From NCBI GenBank assembly GCA_039586365.1, contig JBDHKN010000005.1:98070-162069 (forward strand): 64,000 nt of DNA, read 5' to 3'. Each line of letters begins with the position of its first letter. Within the stretch, counting starts at the first letter, position 1. A program made the position numbers and the translations under genes. The notes under the pieces are model-generated. The model was not told where the DNA came from and did no database searches. It was given only the letters and a program-made list of their open reading frames with translations. Origin of the DNA: Gemmatimonadota bacterium (GTDB taxonomy: Bacteria > Gemmatimonadota > Gemmatimonadetes > Gemmatimonadales > GWC2-71-9). Below, in pieces: positions 1 to 9,380 of the stretch.

Positions 1-866
1 GAGGCGTCGTACGGATACTGGTCAGCGAAGACCTCGACTCCCTGAGCACGGGCACGTTCAATCCTTTGCACTATCGCTGTGGAAAACCCCCAGACGCGTG
101 GTCCGAGAGCTTTGATGTGCGTTACAATCCCAGGCAAACGCGCTTCGCGCGCAATGCGGATGACCTCTTCGACAGCTGCGATGACCCCGATGTTGTAGTC
201 GGCTTCGTCGCGGATGTGACTCTGATAGACCCCGTCGAATTCGGCCACGACCTTGGCAAGCTCAATCACTTCCTCCGTTGTGGCATAGCTGCCAGGAGCG
301 TAGTAGAGGCCAGATGACAGTCCGAAAGCTCCCGCTGCCATGCCTCGTCTCACGATGCTCCGCATGCGATCGAGTTCGTCATTGGTCGGGTCCCTGTCAT
401 CCATCTCCAGAACCACTCCACGCACCGAACCCTGTGGAACAAGTTGTGCCACGTTGACTCCGAGTCCATGCTCCATTAGCCGGTGGCGTTGGCCCTCGAT
501 GTCAGTGGGCCCACCTCCATCAGGATTGATGACCACAGTGGTGATCCCTTGTGCCAAGAGCGGGCGCGTATGACTCAGTTCGGCGGTGGCGAGACCTGTC
601 CCAGCGTGAGTGTGAACGTCGATGAAGCCCGGTGCCACGTAGAATCCGGCGGCATCGATGATCCGATTGGCAGTTGCGGCCTTAAGAGTCCCCACTGCAA
701 CAATCCGGTCTCCGGCAACGGCCACATCAGCGTACCGCCATGGATTGCCCATGCCATCCAACACGCGGCCTCCACGGATGATTAGATCGTACTGTGCCTG
801 GGCGGCAGTTGCACCACACAACATCGTGATACAACAGAGCCCGGCGCGCAGTGGCCTCAATCGCAT
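1..866 (-). CDS. N-acyl-D-amino-acid deacylase (amidohydrolase family), exported; 3' end runs off the window
   Basis: Not in the ORF track; translated by hand from ATG 866: MRLRPLRAGLCCITMLCGATAAQAQYDLIIRGGRVLDGMGNP...APGFIDVHTH...QGITTVV...GLSSGLYYAPG...SHIRDE...ADQYPY. Signal peptide plus HxH metal motif. Confidence 0.85.
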   Translation of the reverse strand, partial: MRLRPLRAGLCCITMLCGATAAQAQYDLIIRGGRVLDGMGNPWRYADVAVAGDRIVAVGTLKAATANRIIDAAGFYVAPGFIDVHTHAGTGLATAELSHTRPLLAQGITTVVINPDGGGPTDIEGQRHRLMEHGLGVNVAQLVPQGSVRGVVLEMDDRDPTNDELDRMRSIVRRGMAAGAFGLSSGLYYAPGSYATTEEVIELAKVVAEFDGVYQSHIRDEADYNIGVIAAVEEVIRIAREARLPGIVTHIKALGPRVWGFSTAIVQRIERARAQGVEVFADQYPYDA

Positions 867-996
867 GGGTCCCCCTTGGAACCAGGTGGATCGAGCAACA
901 CAAGTCACACGAGTAAAGCCGGCACGCCCGAGAGACCGATTGATCCTTGGCCCCTCAGTGACGTCGCTGCTTTCATCGACTATGCGGTCCTCAGTG

Positions 997-1383
997 CTAC
1001 GCGTTTAGCAGAATCACGACAGCAGCGGCCTGTGTGTCAGAGTGAGTTAGCGAAACCAAGCATTGCGTGATGCCGAGCTCAGCTGCACTTGCCCGAGCCC
1101 GGTCGTACAACTGTAGGCCGGGCCGCCCACGTGAGTCGCGCACCACCTCAACGTGAGACCACCAAACGACTCGATCGGAGCCGCCCTGCGAAAGCGCCTT
1201 GTACGTTGCTTCCTTTGCGGCAATCCTTGCCGCCACGTGCCGGGCCGGAACTGCCTTCGCCTGGCAATAGGACCGTTCGTCCTCAGTGAGAAGTCTTCTG
1301 AGGATACGGTCGCCATGCCGCGCCAGCATACGCTCGACTCGGCTGACGTCAACAAAGTCGAGTCCCACGGCCACTACAGTCAT
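997..1383 (-). CDS. acpS: holo-[acyl-carrier-protein] synthase
   Basis: GLDFVD, AARIAAKEATYKAL, GRP and SLTHS motifs. ATG 1383 overlaps the upstream stop (ATGA). Confidence 0.93.
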   Translation of the reverse strand: MTVVAVGLDFVDVSRVERMLARHGDRILRRLLTEDERSYCQAKAVPARHVAARIAAKEATYKALSQGGSDRVVWWSHVEVVRDSRGRPGLQLYDRARASAAELGITQCLVSLTHSDTQAAAVVILLNA

Positions 1384-2123
1384 CGATCGAAGACTGCCGA
1401 CCACGCTGATTGCAGCCAGTTCGGTACGTCAACGTATCCCCCCAAGATCAAACCCAGCCAGATGGTCGGGAGCAGTACGAGCGCGCCAACGAGCCCCACC
1501 GGCCACAGGGATCTTCTCCAACCAGCCACCCGATCCGCCACCCCTTTCCAGCGGTACTCCTCCCGCTGTACTCCCTGCTCCAGCGCTAACCAGGCGGCCT
1601 CCAATTGTCGGGCAGCAATCTTCAAGCTCTCCTGCCACGCTTCCACTGCCCCTCGGTTCAGAGCCGTTGCATCGAGAACATTAGTGGCCCGTTCCTCCAG
1701 CTCATCGAGTGTGGGCACCAGATCGGAACCTGCCGAACCCAGTCTCGCAGCGAGCGCCCGACGGTCTGCAGCGCCAATGCCGAGTTCCCCCCGCTTCCCC
1801 CGACTCATACCGACTGCGACTGCCTCGGCCTCCAGCTGCTCAGCGATCCGACTCAACACCAGATCTGCCACGCTCGAAACCGCCTCCTCCCACGCCTCCT
1901 GCCAAGCTGCTCGCCCGATCGCCGCTAGCGCGGCCGCTCGTTCTCCATTGACCGACAGGCGGCGTGCTTCACCAGCGTTACTGATGATGCGAGTCGCGAG
2001 TCGGTAGCGAGCGCTGTCCAGAGGTAACCAGCCAGACGGGCGCGGAGTCCCGGTCACCAACTTGCCAAGCGACGGCCCCAACTCGGGTATGCGCAGTGGA
2101 AGCAGCAACTTGGGATTGCTCAC
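1380..2123 (-). CDS. hypothetical helical protein with C-terminal membrane anchor
   Basis: 247 aa ORF with 4-nt overlaps to both neighbours; Ala/Glu-rich helices then hydrophobic WPVGLVGALVLLPTIWLGLILGG. Confidence 0.7.
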   Translation of the reverse strand: MSNPKLLLPLRIPELGPSLGKLVTGTPRPSGWLPLDSARYRLATRIISNAGEARRLSVNGERAAALAAIGRAAWQEAWEEAVSSVADLVLSRIAEQLEAEAVAVGMSRGKRGELGIGAADRRALAARLGSAGSDLVPTLDELEERATNVLDATALNRGAVEAWQESLKIAARQLEAAWLALEQGVQREEYRWKGVADRVAGWRRSLWPVGLVGALVLLPTIWLGLILGGYVDVPNWLQSAWSAVFDR

Positions 2124-2821
2124 CGGTATATGGCCTCTATGACCCGTGCCGTATTCGAGAGATCTCTAAACAGAGCGTAGGGTCCAGCTGCTGCAAGCTG
2201 GTCGATATCGTAGGGACCGGTCGCGACAGCGATCGCCCGTGCTTGGATCCCCCGGCCGCAAGTCACGTCGGCCGGAGTGTCACCGATTATCACCACATTG
2301 TCGCCTTGGGGGACCCATCCCATTAGTGGCGCTGCACGTTCGGCAGCAATGGCGGGGAGATCAGCCCGATCCGAGGCGTCCGACCCGAAGGCACCAACCC
2401 GGAATTGCTTCACATCGATACCCACGGCTTCGAGCTTGAGCGCTGCGCCTTCCTCAAGATTGCCCGTCAGCAAACCAACAACCGTGTCTGCCCGCGCGGT
2501 GAGCACCGCCAGCAATTCCTCCACGCCGACGTACACCCTCAAGTCCCGGCTAGGGGCCGCCAGCTCTGAGCGGAGCAGTTCCTCATACCGCCTGCACACC
2601 CGCGCAACGTGGCTGTCGCTGTCAGCGTGCGGGTGGCCTGCTGCCATCAAGAGGTCGCGTACTATCTGGGGATCAGTCTTCCCCGCAAAGGAGTAGCTCT
2701 CGATTGGACCTGCAGTTCCCATCTCGTCAATGAGCGCCTCACGAATTGCTCTTCTTCCCGCTCCGTTTGTCCACAGGATCGTGCCGTCGAGATCAAACAA
2801 TACCAGCTTCTCAATACGCAT
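2120..2821 (-). CDS. HAD family hydrolase (phosphoglycolate phosphatase-like)
   Basis: LFDLDGT (motif I), LLTGN (II), IIGDTPAD (IV). Confidence 0.9.
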   Translation of the reverse strand: MRIEKLVLFDLDGTILWTNGAGRRAIREALIDEMGTAGPIESYSFAGKTDPQIVRDLLMAAGHPHADSDSHVARVCRRYEELLRSELAAPSRDLRVYVGVEELLAVLTARADTVVGLLTGNLEEGAALKLEAVGIDVKQFRVGAFGSDASDRADLPAIAAERAAPLMGWVPQGDNVVIIGDTPADVTCGRGIQARAIAVATGPYDIDQLAAAGPYALFRDLSNTARVIEAIYR

Positions 2822-2845
2822 ATTGCACTATTCGTTAACTGGTCA

Positions 2846-3826
2846 CTAGGTGAGCGACCGATCTGCGCGATGGGTAGGTCCAGCAAGCCCTGGAATTGCC
2901 TCGGTGCCAACCGCCAGGGTGACGGCCCGCTCCACCGCAACGGCTGTCGCATTTTGAGCCAACAATTCTACGGATACAGGCGACTCCAGCGGCACTTCGC
3001 CAGTGGATACCGCAAACACTAGATCACCATCATACATTGTCCCTACAGGCGTTATGCGCTGCGCCAAAGAGTCGGTCGCCATCTCGGCGAGACACCCCAA
3101 CTCCAACTGGTTCATGGCTACGTTGGTGGCGACCACTACCAGCGTCGTATTGACTCCTTCGGTGACGAAAGAACCGCCGGGTTTGCCGCCGTCCGCCAGA
3201 TACACTCTGGAGTCGAGAAAGCCCTCGTCACTGCGGGCTCCCGCCAAGATCACTCCGTCGCAATCGCGCACGTCACCGAACGCGTTGACTACGGCCAGGC
3301 TGCCAACCAATACGTCATCCCGGCATTCGGACCACGTCCCGACCCCGCCCTTCATCGCTCGGGAAATGCCGAGGACCTTGCCGACCGTGGCGCCTGTACC
3401 AGCCCCGACCGATCCCTCGGCGACAGCGGTGCCAGCAGCTTCGCAGGCTCGATACCCATCTGCGGGGGCGGGCCAGCCCAGCTTGCCGAAGGCCAGGTCG
3501 AAGATCACCGCGCTGGGCACAATCGGCACGACGCTAACGCCAGCATCGAACCCACGGCCACGCTCCGCGAGCCATCGCATGACTCCGTCTGCCGCACCCA
3601 GCCCGAAAGCTGAGCCACCTGTGAGGAGGATGCCGTGGACTCCTGCAACAAGATGCGTGGGTGAAAGGGCGTCAAGTTCACGGGTTCCAGTTGCTCGCCC
3701 CCGAATGTGCACAGCTGCTCGCATGCCGTTCGCCGGACCCAGGACTACCGTGCAGCCCGTACCCGATTTGCCGTCCGTGAAATGTCCCACGAGAATGCTA
3801 GCTACATCCGTGATTCGCTGTGGCAT
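2846..3826 (-). CDS. P1/S58 (DmpA-like) peptidase
   Basis: GTGCTV, GTRELD, LTGGSAFGL, GSVGAGTGATVGK, NTT, DGD motifs. Confidence 0.9.
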   Translation of the reverse strand: MPQRITDVASILVGHFTDGKSGTGCTVVLGPANGMRAAVHIRGRATGTRELDALSPTHLVAGVHGILLTGGSAFGLGAADGVMRWLAERGRGFDAGVSVVPIVPSAVIFDLAFGKLGWPAPADGYRACEAAGTAVAEGSVGAGTGATVGKVLGISRAMKGGVGTWSECRDDVLVGSLAVVNAFGDVRDCDGVILAGARSDEGFLDSRVYLADGGKPGGSFVTEGVNTTLVVVATNVAMNQLELGCLAEMATDSLAQRITPVGTMYDGDLVFAVSTGEVPLESPVSVELLAQNATAVAVERAVTLAVGTEAIPGLAGPTHRADRSLT

Positions 3827-3864
3827 GATCCTGTGCGGATGGACCGCTGAGTGTGCAGGACGGA

Positions 3865-4062
3865 CTACTGGTTAACCTGCTCACCCTTGGCCGTGTCGGA
3901 TGCACCCGGTGCCTTCGCCTCACATTGCCGGCACAGCGTCACGCCACGGATTGAACACACTAGACAGATGAAGGTACCACAGCCGCTGCATGGGTATCCC
4001 TCAGAAGCACGCTCTTCGTTGCCACAGGCACGACATATCATGCCATCGTGTTCCTGGCCCAT
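3865..4062 (-). CDS. small 8-cysteine zinc-finger protein
   Basis: Four CxxC pairs (CRAC, CSGC, CLVC, CRQC); GAGGAGG RBS 5 nt before ATG 4062. Confidence 0.75.
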   Translation of the reverse strand: MGQEHDGMICRACGNEERASEGYPCSGCGTFICLVCSIRGVTLCRQCEAKAPGASDTAKGEQVNQ

Positions 4063-4098
4063 AGGCACCTCCTCAGAACGTAGACAATGGCTCGAGCA

Positions 4099-4992
4099 TC
4101 AACCGTGCACAGGGAGGATGACGCTGATTCCACCCTTGATCACTTCCGCAGTGAACGGCGTCATCCCAGCCGGTTCCCCATCGAGTTCAACTGGTCGCGG
4201 CATGTCGCTCTCGACCGACACTCGCAAGCCACGGATGTGTTTCACCCGACCGTTGTCTCCCGTCTGCCCGGTAGCGAGCTGCCATAACACCGCGGCACTC
4301 TCTATCATCCCAGTTGCGTTCAGGACGACGACATCCAATAGGCCGTCATCCGGCAGGATTCCAGGACGCAGACGGAGAAACGGTGGGATGATCTCGCCAC
4401 AGTTGGCGACAATGACGGACGCCGCCTCAACTTCGAACTTGGCTTCGTCTACAGCTATTCGATACTTCACGGTCTCATTCGCCGCCATCACCCCCCACGC
4501 CGTAGCGACATACGCCCCCATCCCCCAACGACGCTTAGCTTCTCCAGTGGTAGCGGCCATCAGTTCGGCGTCGAATCCGGCACCGCAAGCCACCGTGAAG
4601 TGTCGAACACCGCCGCTGCCAGTGAGCCGACCCAAATCAATGCATCTTGGAGCCCCTTTGACTATCACACGCGCCGCTTGAGTGGGATTGCGCGGCAGCC
4701 GCAAGTTACCTGCGAGTAAGTTTCCTGTTCCGCCGGGGATCAGTCCAATCGGTATCTGACTACCTACCCTGCCGGCTACGGCGTTCACCGTGCCGTCACC
4801 CCCATAGACAGCAATAACGTCGACTCCGGCAGAAACACCTCTATCCGCGATCTCAGCTGCGTGATCGGGATGCTCAGTTCCCGGTGCCTCAACCGACCAG
4901 CCCGCTCCTTCGAAGACGTTACAGATAGACCGCACGATGCTGGATTCCGTACGGGCAGCTTCAGGATTGTGAATCAGCAATACCCTAGGCAT
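4099..4992 (-). CDS. diacylglycerol/lipid kinase family protein (YegS/DagK-like)
   Basis: HNPEA, GGDGT, IPGGTGNLLA, GAGFDA, DDGLLD, LDGE motifs. ATG 4992 overlaps the tamB stop (TGATG). Confidence 0.9.
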   Translation of the reverse strand: MPRVLLIHNPEAARTESSIVRSICNVFEGAGWSVEAPGTEHPDHAAEIADRGVSAGVDVIAVYGGDGTVNAVAGRVGSQIPIGLIPGGTGNLLAGNLRLPRNPTQAARVIVKGAPRCIDLGRLTGSGGVRHFTVACGAGFDAELMAATTGEAKRRWGMGAYVATAWGVMAANETVKYRIAVDEAKFEVEAASVIVANCGEIIPPFLRLRPGILPDDGLLDVVVLNATGMIESAAVLWQLATGQTGDNGRVKHIRGLRVSVESDMPRPVELDGEPAGMTPFTAEVIKGGISVILPVHG

Positions 4993-7900
4993 CAGTAACG
5001 CTTCTCCCAATACAGATCCACGCCCAATTGGTATTTCTCCGTAAACTGCCTGGTGGAAAAAACCGAGCAACTTTGTACTGGATCACCGCTCAAGAGCAAG
5101 AGCCACGTGCTACTTAGCCGATATTCAAGACTGGCACCCAGGTTACGCAAGGTCTCGACCCAGCTGTCCCTCGAACACACGCGAGGATTGACCGTCAAGA
5201 ACCACTTCTCACCCAGTCGCTTGCCCACGGCCACGTCAACCCCGTAAAGCTGAGTTCCGACTCCAGTCGGCCTAATCTGCAGATAGTCGAGCGGCACCTT
5301 CAGGTCAGAGATGAGAGAGTACTCAAGCTGACCGGACACTGCACCGAGAAACTGGTTCAACCCCTGCTCGACGAGACGTTGGTCGGCAAAGTTGCCGGTT
5401 CCGGCAAGCGCCTCGACGCTTGGAGCCCCAAAAAACAGGTATGATAGAACCTCCGTCTCAGAAATGGGCGGGAGGATATCACTGGTGAAGGTGAGGCGTG
5501 GTTCGTACACCGTGCCGCCGATGTGAACGAACACAGTCACATCCTGACCTCGTACACTGCGCAGCCTGTGGCGAGCCTCGATATCCACCGCAGCGTTCAA
5601 ATCAGTTGTCCCCAAATACGTTACCTCCCCACGGGTGACTGTGAACTCGCGCGTCGCCACAAGTTGTACCAACGAGGGCCCTGGGCTGACACGATAGCTT
5701 CCCCGAGGGGTCTGTAGGGTACCGCTCAGGCGATACTGGCGAAGCCTCTTATTGACCGTGACGTCACCGAGCAGTTGGATGTTAGCTTCAGTGGAGCGCA
5801 TCCAAACGTCGGATCCCATTCGCAACTGCAGGCTATCAACACTCAGGGATTCGAGAAAACGGTTCTGGAAGGCTACTCCAAGGCCTTCACGACGAATCAA
5901 TCTGGTATCTACGAATTCCGTGTATAGCGTGTCCTCGATGTTAATGATGTCTTTGGAAATCAGATCGGCATAGTACAGCACCCCACGAGTAACGGTCCCA
6001 GCTCCAGTTGCCGTGGCGCTAAATATCGGCCCGCTGAGCCTCAATGTGCCCGATGCAGTCAGTGACAAGAAGTCACGCAGGTCGATGCCCCGAAAATCCG
6101 TTGCGTCAATTGAGAGACTGAGAATCGGTTGGGTGAGTTCCTCCAGACGCAAGTAACCTGTGACTTGGGCCCTGCCCCCACCACTCGTAAGCGAAAGTCC
6201 CTCGACGTGGATCGTGTCACCTGAGAGACGCAACTGGCCGTTGATGTCTTCGTGCGTTACCCCAAGGCCAGGGAACGTGGCCAGGCCGCTGTCGATGACG
6301 ATTTGTCCGGTCAGTTCGGGATTCTCCCACGTACCGGCGACACCGAAATCTGCATCCAGCATACCGCCGGCGTCCCGAACCGTTGGGATCATTGCATCCA
6401 AGAACGAAAGGTCCACGCCGTCCGCGTGTGCTTGCACCTTTATCGGCTGTGGCAACCTGCGCTGTTCGACGCCCACCAACGAGAGATCGAGCGGGAGGTT
6501 CACGTCGATATTCATTATCTCCTGACCCGTCCGCAGCAGCTCAAACTTTCCCTCGACAGCCCGATTGCCGTAACTGAGCGTTCCCAAGAGCTGAGGAGCT
6601 TGAAACCGCTCGAACCTGGCATTGCGCAGCGACACAGACAGCTCCATCGTAGGATCATCTCGTGTACCGTTGAAGCTGAAGGTACCCCCGATTTCACCGC
6701 CGACGTTGCGATACTGCCGCTGCAGCAATATCCAGACATCCTCCACCGGAAGTGCCTGGACTGAAATCGTGAGGCTCCCCGCTCCCTGGAAGGGGAGCCT
6801 GCCGTTCACATTCACATTCCCAGCGCCGACATCGCTCGTCACCGCTATCTGCCTCACATCAATGCCGCTGTCACTCAGTTGTACCAGTGTGGGGCTGTCC
6901 ACAAACCACGCTCCACTGGCGAGCAGGAACCCCATCAATTCGATCGGCACTGAGCGCCCGCCGTCTTGCTCAATCAGTTTCCCCTCAGCAATCCAAGCTC
7001 CAAGGCCGTCAGGACCGAAACGGGTTCGTGCCAACCAGTCCAGCGAGTCGGTCGGACCCTCGACTCGCAGTTCCGAGTCAGCAAACTTCCAGTGGCCGAT
7101 TTCCATCGAATCGATCGAACTACTGAGTTGGAGCTGCCGCGACGTGTTGCGCCAAGTGCCTTCGGCCATGATGCGGGTAACGTGTAGGTCCCCTCGATCG
7201 ACGTCCCGCGCGTCTAGTAGACCCGAGACCAGGAAGTCGGACAGAGCCCCTTCTACGCTCATGGTCAGCCGAAGTGATCCCCAGGGTTGGCCAGCTTCTC
7301 GAAACACCGGGTCGAGTGAACCTAGGAGGGACTGGAGCAGTGGCTCTATTGAAGCGATTGAGTCGTTCGCGGCGGCGAGGCGTATCTCGCCAGGCGATCC
7401 CCCTGACAGGCCGATCTCACCGGCTCCGGACATACGAAGCTGCCTACCCCACACCTCCAGTGTATCGAGCCCCAGGGTGCCGTCGGCGACTCTCAACGTC
7501 ACTGATGCACTATCTAAACGCACACCCTCCAGGGAGGAAGCTCTGATCATTGCGCTGGCTTGCGCCCAGGAACCATTCAGAGAGTCGAAAGCGCCCGCTC
7601 CGCGGAGTCGGCCGAACAGCACTGTCTCTGGTAGCTGTGAGTTGAGCCGCTGTAGGTTGAAGCGGGACACCCTCAGATCTAGATCTGACGCTCCCTTGCG
7701 ATTCGGTAATAGCGCCAGTGTGCCATCCACGAAGATAGCACCTGCCGGCCCCTCGAGATTCGCGTACAACGATGCAGCATTGACATATCCCTCAACCACT
7801 ACGCGCCCCGCGAACGATCCGCCAAGTTCGGTCAACTCCGGGTAGCTCGAGTGCATCCCGACGATGCTAAGCGAGTCGAAATCCAGATCGGCCCAGACGC

Positions 7901-9380
7901 CGAGCGTATCACGGCGAGCGTCTACGCGGACCGTGCCCCTAGCGTTAGTCTGCGGCTGGAGGGAGTCGGCATGGCCAAGATCCCCTTCGAACTGAACTTC
8001 TAGCCAAGGGCCATTGAGCATCCCCATCCCACTCAGCGTCCCGACCAAATCGACAGCAGGCAGGATACGCCGCACCGTTCCCAGGTCGAGTTGCGCTTCA
8101 CGCACCTCGTAGTCTCGAAATACTATGTCACCAGGTACCCCAACGGCGACTATCCCGCGCCCAGCAACTCTGGTGACCGGCCAGCCCTCGACTAACGAAT
8201 CACGGAACGTTACGTCCAGACCCAGATTCATTTCATGACTGGGCCCATCTGACTCGAACCGTCCAGTCGCCCTACCGGCGATGGGAAGTGTATCGAAGAA
8301 CCCTCGAATGTATTCAAGATCGAAATCTCGAAGGTCCAAACGCGTCTGCTGAAATGCCCACTCATCGCCTGGTCCCAACACCATGGCAAGTTCCCCATTG
8401 GCTGCACCACCGCCCCCGGTTCCTTCCACGCTGAAATCCACAGCGCGAAATGAAAGTACATCTTCGGAGAGCGACTGAATCTGCAGCACGCCATCTCCCG
8501 TGAGCCCGGCAGGAACGGCTCCCACCAACCCCCTGATATCATCCGTCGTCAGCTGGCGGGCGTGGATCCCTAGGCTCAGCATCAGAGTACCCGTCGCGAA
8601 GCCGAGCGACCCCTGTAACTCCGCCTGACTGGCTGGCAGCTCGACTTCATCCATTTCCAGCTGAACCGAGTCCCCCCGCACCTCAATGCGGCCACGGGCA
8701 TTCATGACGGTGAGCGACGGATCGGAAACGACTCCACGCAACGCAGCCGCATCGATACGGATTCCGTCCTCATTGGGCAGTGGGGATGAAACCCGCACGT
8801 AGGGCAGCGTCCCGTTGAGGTCGGTGATGCGCCGGATCCGCATCCACCCGTCAGGAGTCTCCTCAACCTCAATCAGGGAATCCCTCCGGTCTGTAGGGGC
8901 CCGTACGATCAAAGTGCCGTCCGTGATCTCGACGTCATTGAATGCAATCAGTGGTCTTCGACCGTCACCTCCTCCAGGACCGCCGAGGCCCAGAACCTCT
9001 TCGAGGTTGAGGCGACGGCCGGGTCGCTTGATCAGGTTGACCTGCGGTGATGTCAGTCTGAGCCTACCGAGTACGATCCGCCCACCGAGTATGTCACGCA
9101 GCCCGTATCCCAGCTGGAGTTCTGGGATCTCGGCCAAAACGGTACCGTCAGGCTCGCGAATGACCAGGCCTCGAGCGACCAATCCGCCCAAGAAGGAACC
9201 AGAGATCTCACGCGCTTCCATCGAGCCATGGAGAGCATTGTTCGCTCCCTCCAGCACCGCACTCACCAATGCGTTCCGGCCCGCGCTCGTGCGAAGACCG
9301 GCCGCGGTCATTCCCATGGTGGTACCCAGTAACCAGCTCCCAGTGAGTGCCAGGAGCCCAGCAACTCGCTTCGCGTTCAA
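4992..9380 (-). CDS. tamB: translocation and assembly module TamB-like protein
   Basis: 1462 aa, N-terminal hydrophobic anchor, long Gly/Leu-rich beta repeats, DUF490-like end (GTVYEPRLTFTSD..ETEVLSYLFFG..VGKRL); directly follows an Omp85 gene. Confidence 0.85.
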   Translation of the reverse strand: MNAKRVAGLLALTGSWLLGTTMGMTAAGLRTSAGRNALVSAVLEGANNALHGSMEAREISGSFLGGLVARGLVIREPDGTVLAEIPELQLGYGLRDILGGRIVLGRLRLTSPQVNLIKRPGRRLNLEEVLGLGGPGGGDGRRPLIAFNDVEITDGTLIVRAPTDRRDSLIEVEETPDGWMRIRRITDLNGTLPYVRVSSPLPNEDGIRIDAAALRGVVSDPSLTVMNARGRIEVRGDSVQLEMDEVELPASQAELQGSLGFATGTLMLSLGIHARQLTTDDIRGLVGAVPAGLTGDGVLQIQSLSEDVLSFRAVDFSVEGTGGGGAANGELAMVLGPGDEWAFQQTRLDLRDFDLEYIRGFFDTLPIAGRATGRFESDGPSHEMNLGLDVTFRDSLVEGWPVTRVAGRGIVAVGVPGDIVFRDYEVREAQLDLGTVRRILPAVDLVGTLSGMGMLNGPWLEVQFEGDLGHADSLQPQTNARGTVRVDARRDTLGVWADLDFDSLSIVGMHSSYPELTELGGSFAGRVVVEGYVNAASLYANLEGPAGAIFVDGTLALLPNRKGASDLDLRVSRFNLQRLNSQLPETVLFGRLRGAGAFDSLNGSWAQASAMIRASSLEGVRLDSASVTLRVADGTLGLDTLEVWGRQLRMSGAGEIGLSGGSPGEIRLAAANDSIASIEPLLQSLLGSLDPVFREAGQPWGSLRLTMSVEGALSDFLVSGLLDARDVDRGDLHVTRIMAEGTWRNTSRQLQLSSSIDSMEIGHWKFADSELRVEGPTDSLDWLARTRFGPDGLGAWIAEGKLIEQDGGRSVPIELMGFLLASGAWFVDSPTLVQLSDSGIDVRQIAVTSDVGAGNVNVNGRLPFQGAGSLTISVQALPVEDVWILLQRQYRNVGGEIGGTFSFNGTRDDPTMELSVSLRNARFERFQAPQLLGTLSYGNRAVEGKFELLRTGQEIMNIDVNLPLDLSLVGVEQRRLPQPIKVQAHADGVDLSFLDAMIPTVRDAGGMLDADFGVAGTWENPELTGQIVIDSGLATFPGLGVTHEDINGQLRLSGDTIHVEGLSLTSGGGRAQVTGYLRLEELTQPILSLSIDATDFRGIDLRDFLSLTASGTLRLSGPIFSATATGAGTVTRGVLYYADLISKDIINIEDTLYTEFVDTRLIRREGLGVAFQNRFLESLSVDSLQLRMGSDVWMRSTEANIQLLGDVTVNKRLRQYRLSGTLQTPRGSYRVSPGPSLVQLVATREFTVTRGEVTYLGTTDLNAAVDIEARHRLRSVRGQDVTVFVHIGGTVYEPRLTFTSDILPPISETEVLSYLFFGAPSVEALAGTGNFADQRLVEQGLNQFLGAVSGQLEYSLISDLKVPLDYLQIRPTGVGTQLYGVDVAVGKRLGEKWFLTVNPRVCSRDSWVETLRNLGASLEYRLSSTWLLLLSGDPVQSCSVFSTRQFTEKYQLGVDLYWEKRY

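Noticed and set aside
6622..7845. Long antisense ORFs (e.g. 407 aa here; also 1153-2007, 3003-3875, 16102-16896, 57451-58266)
   Set aside because: Shadows of well-supported genes in GC-rich DNA; Ser/Pro/Arg-rich and motif-free.
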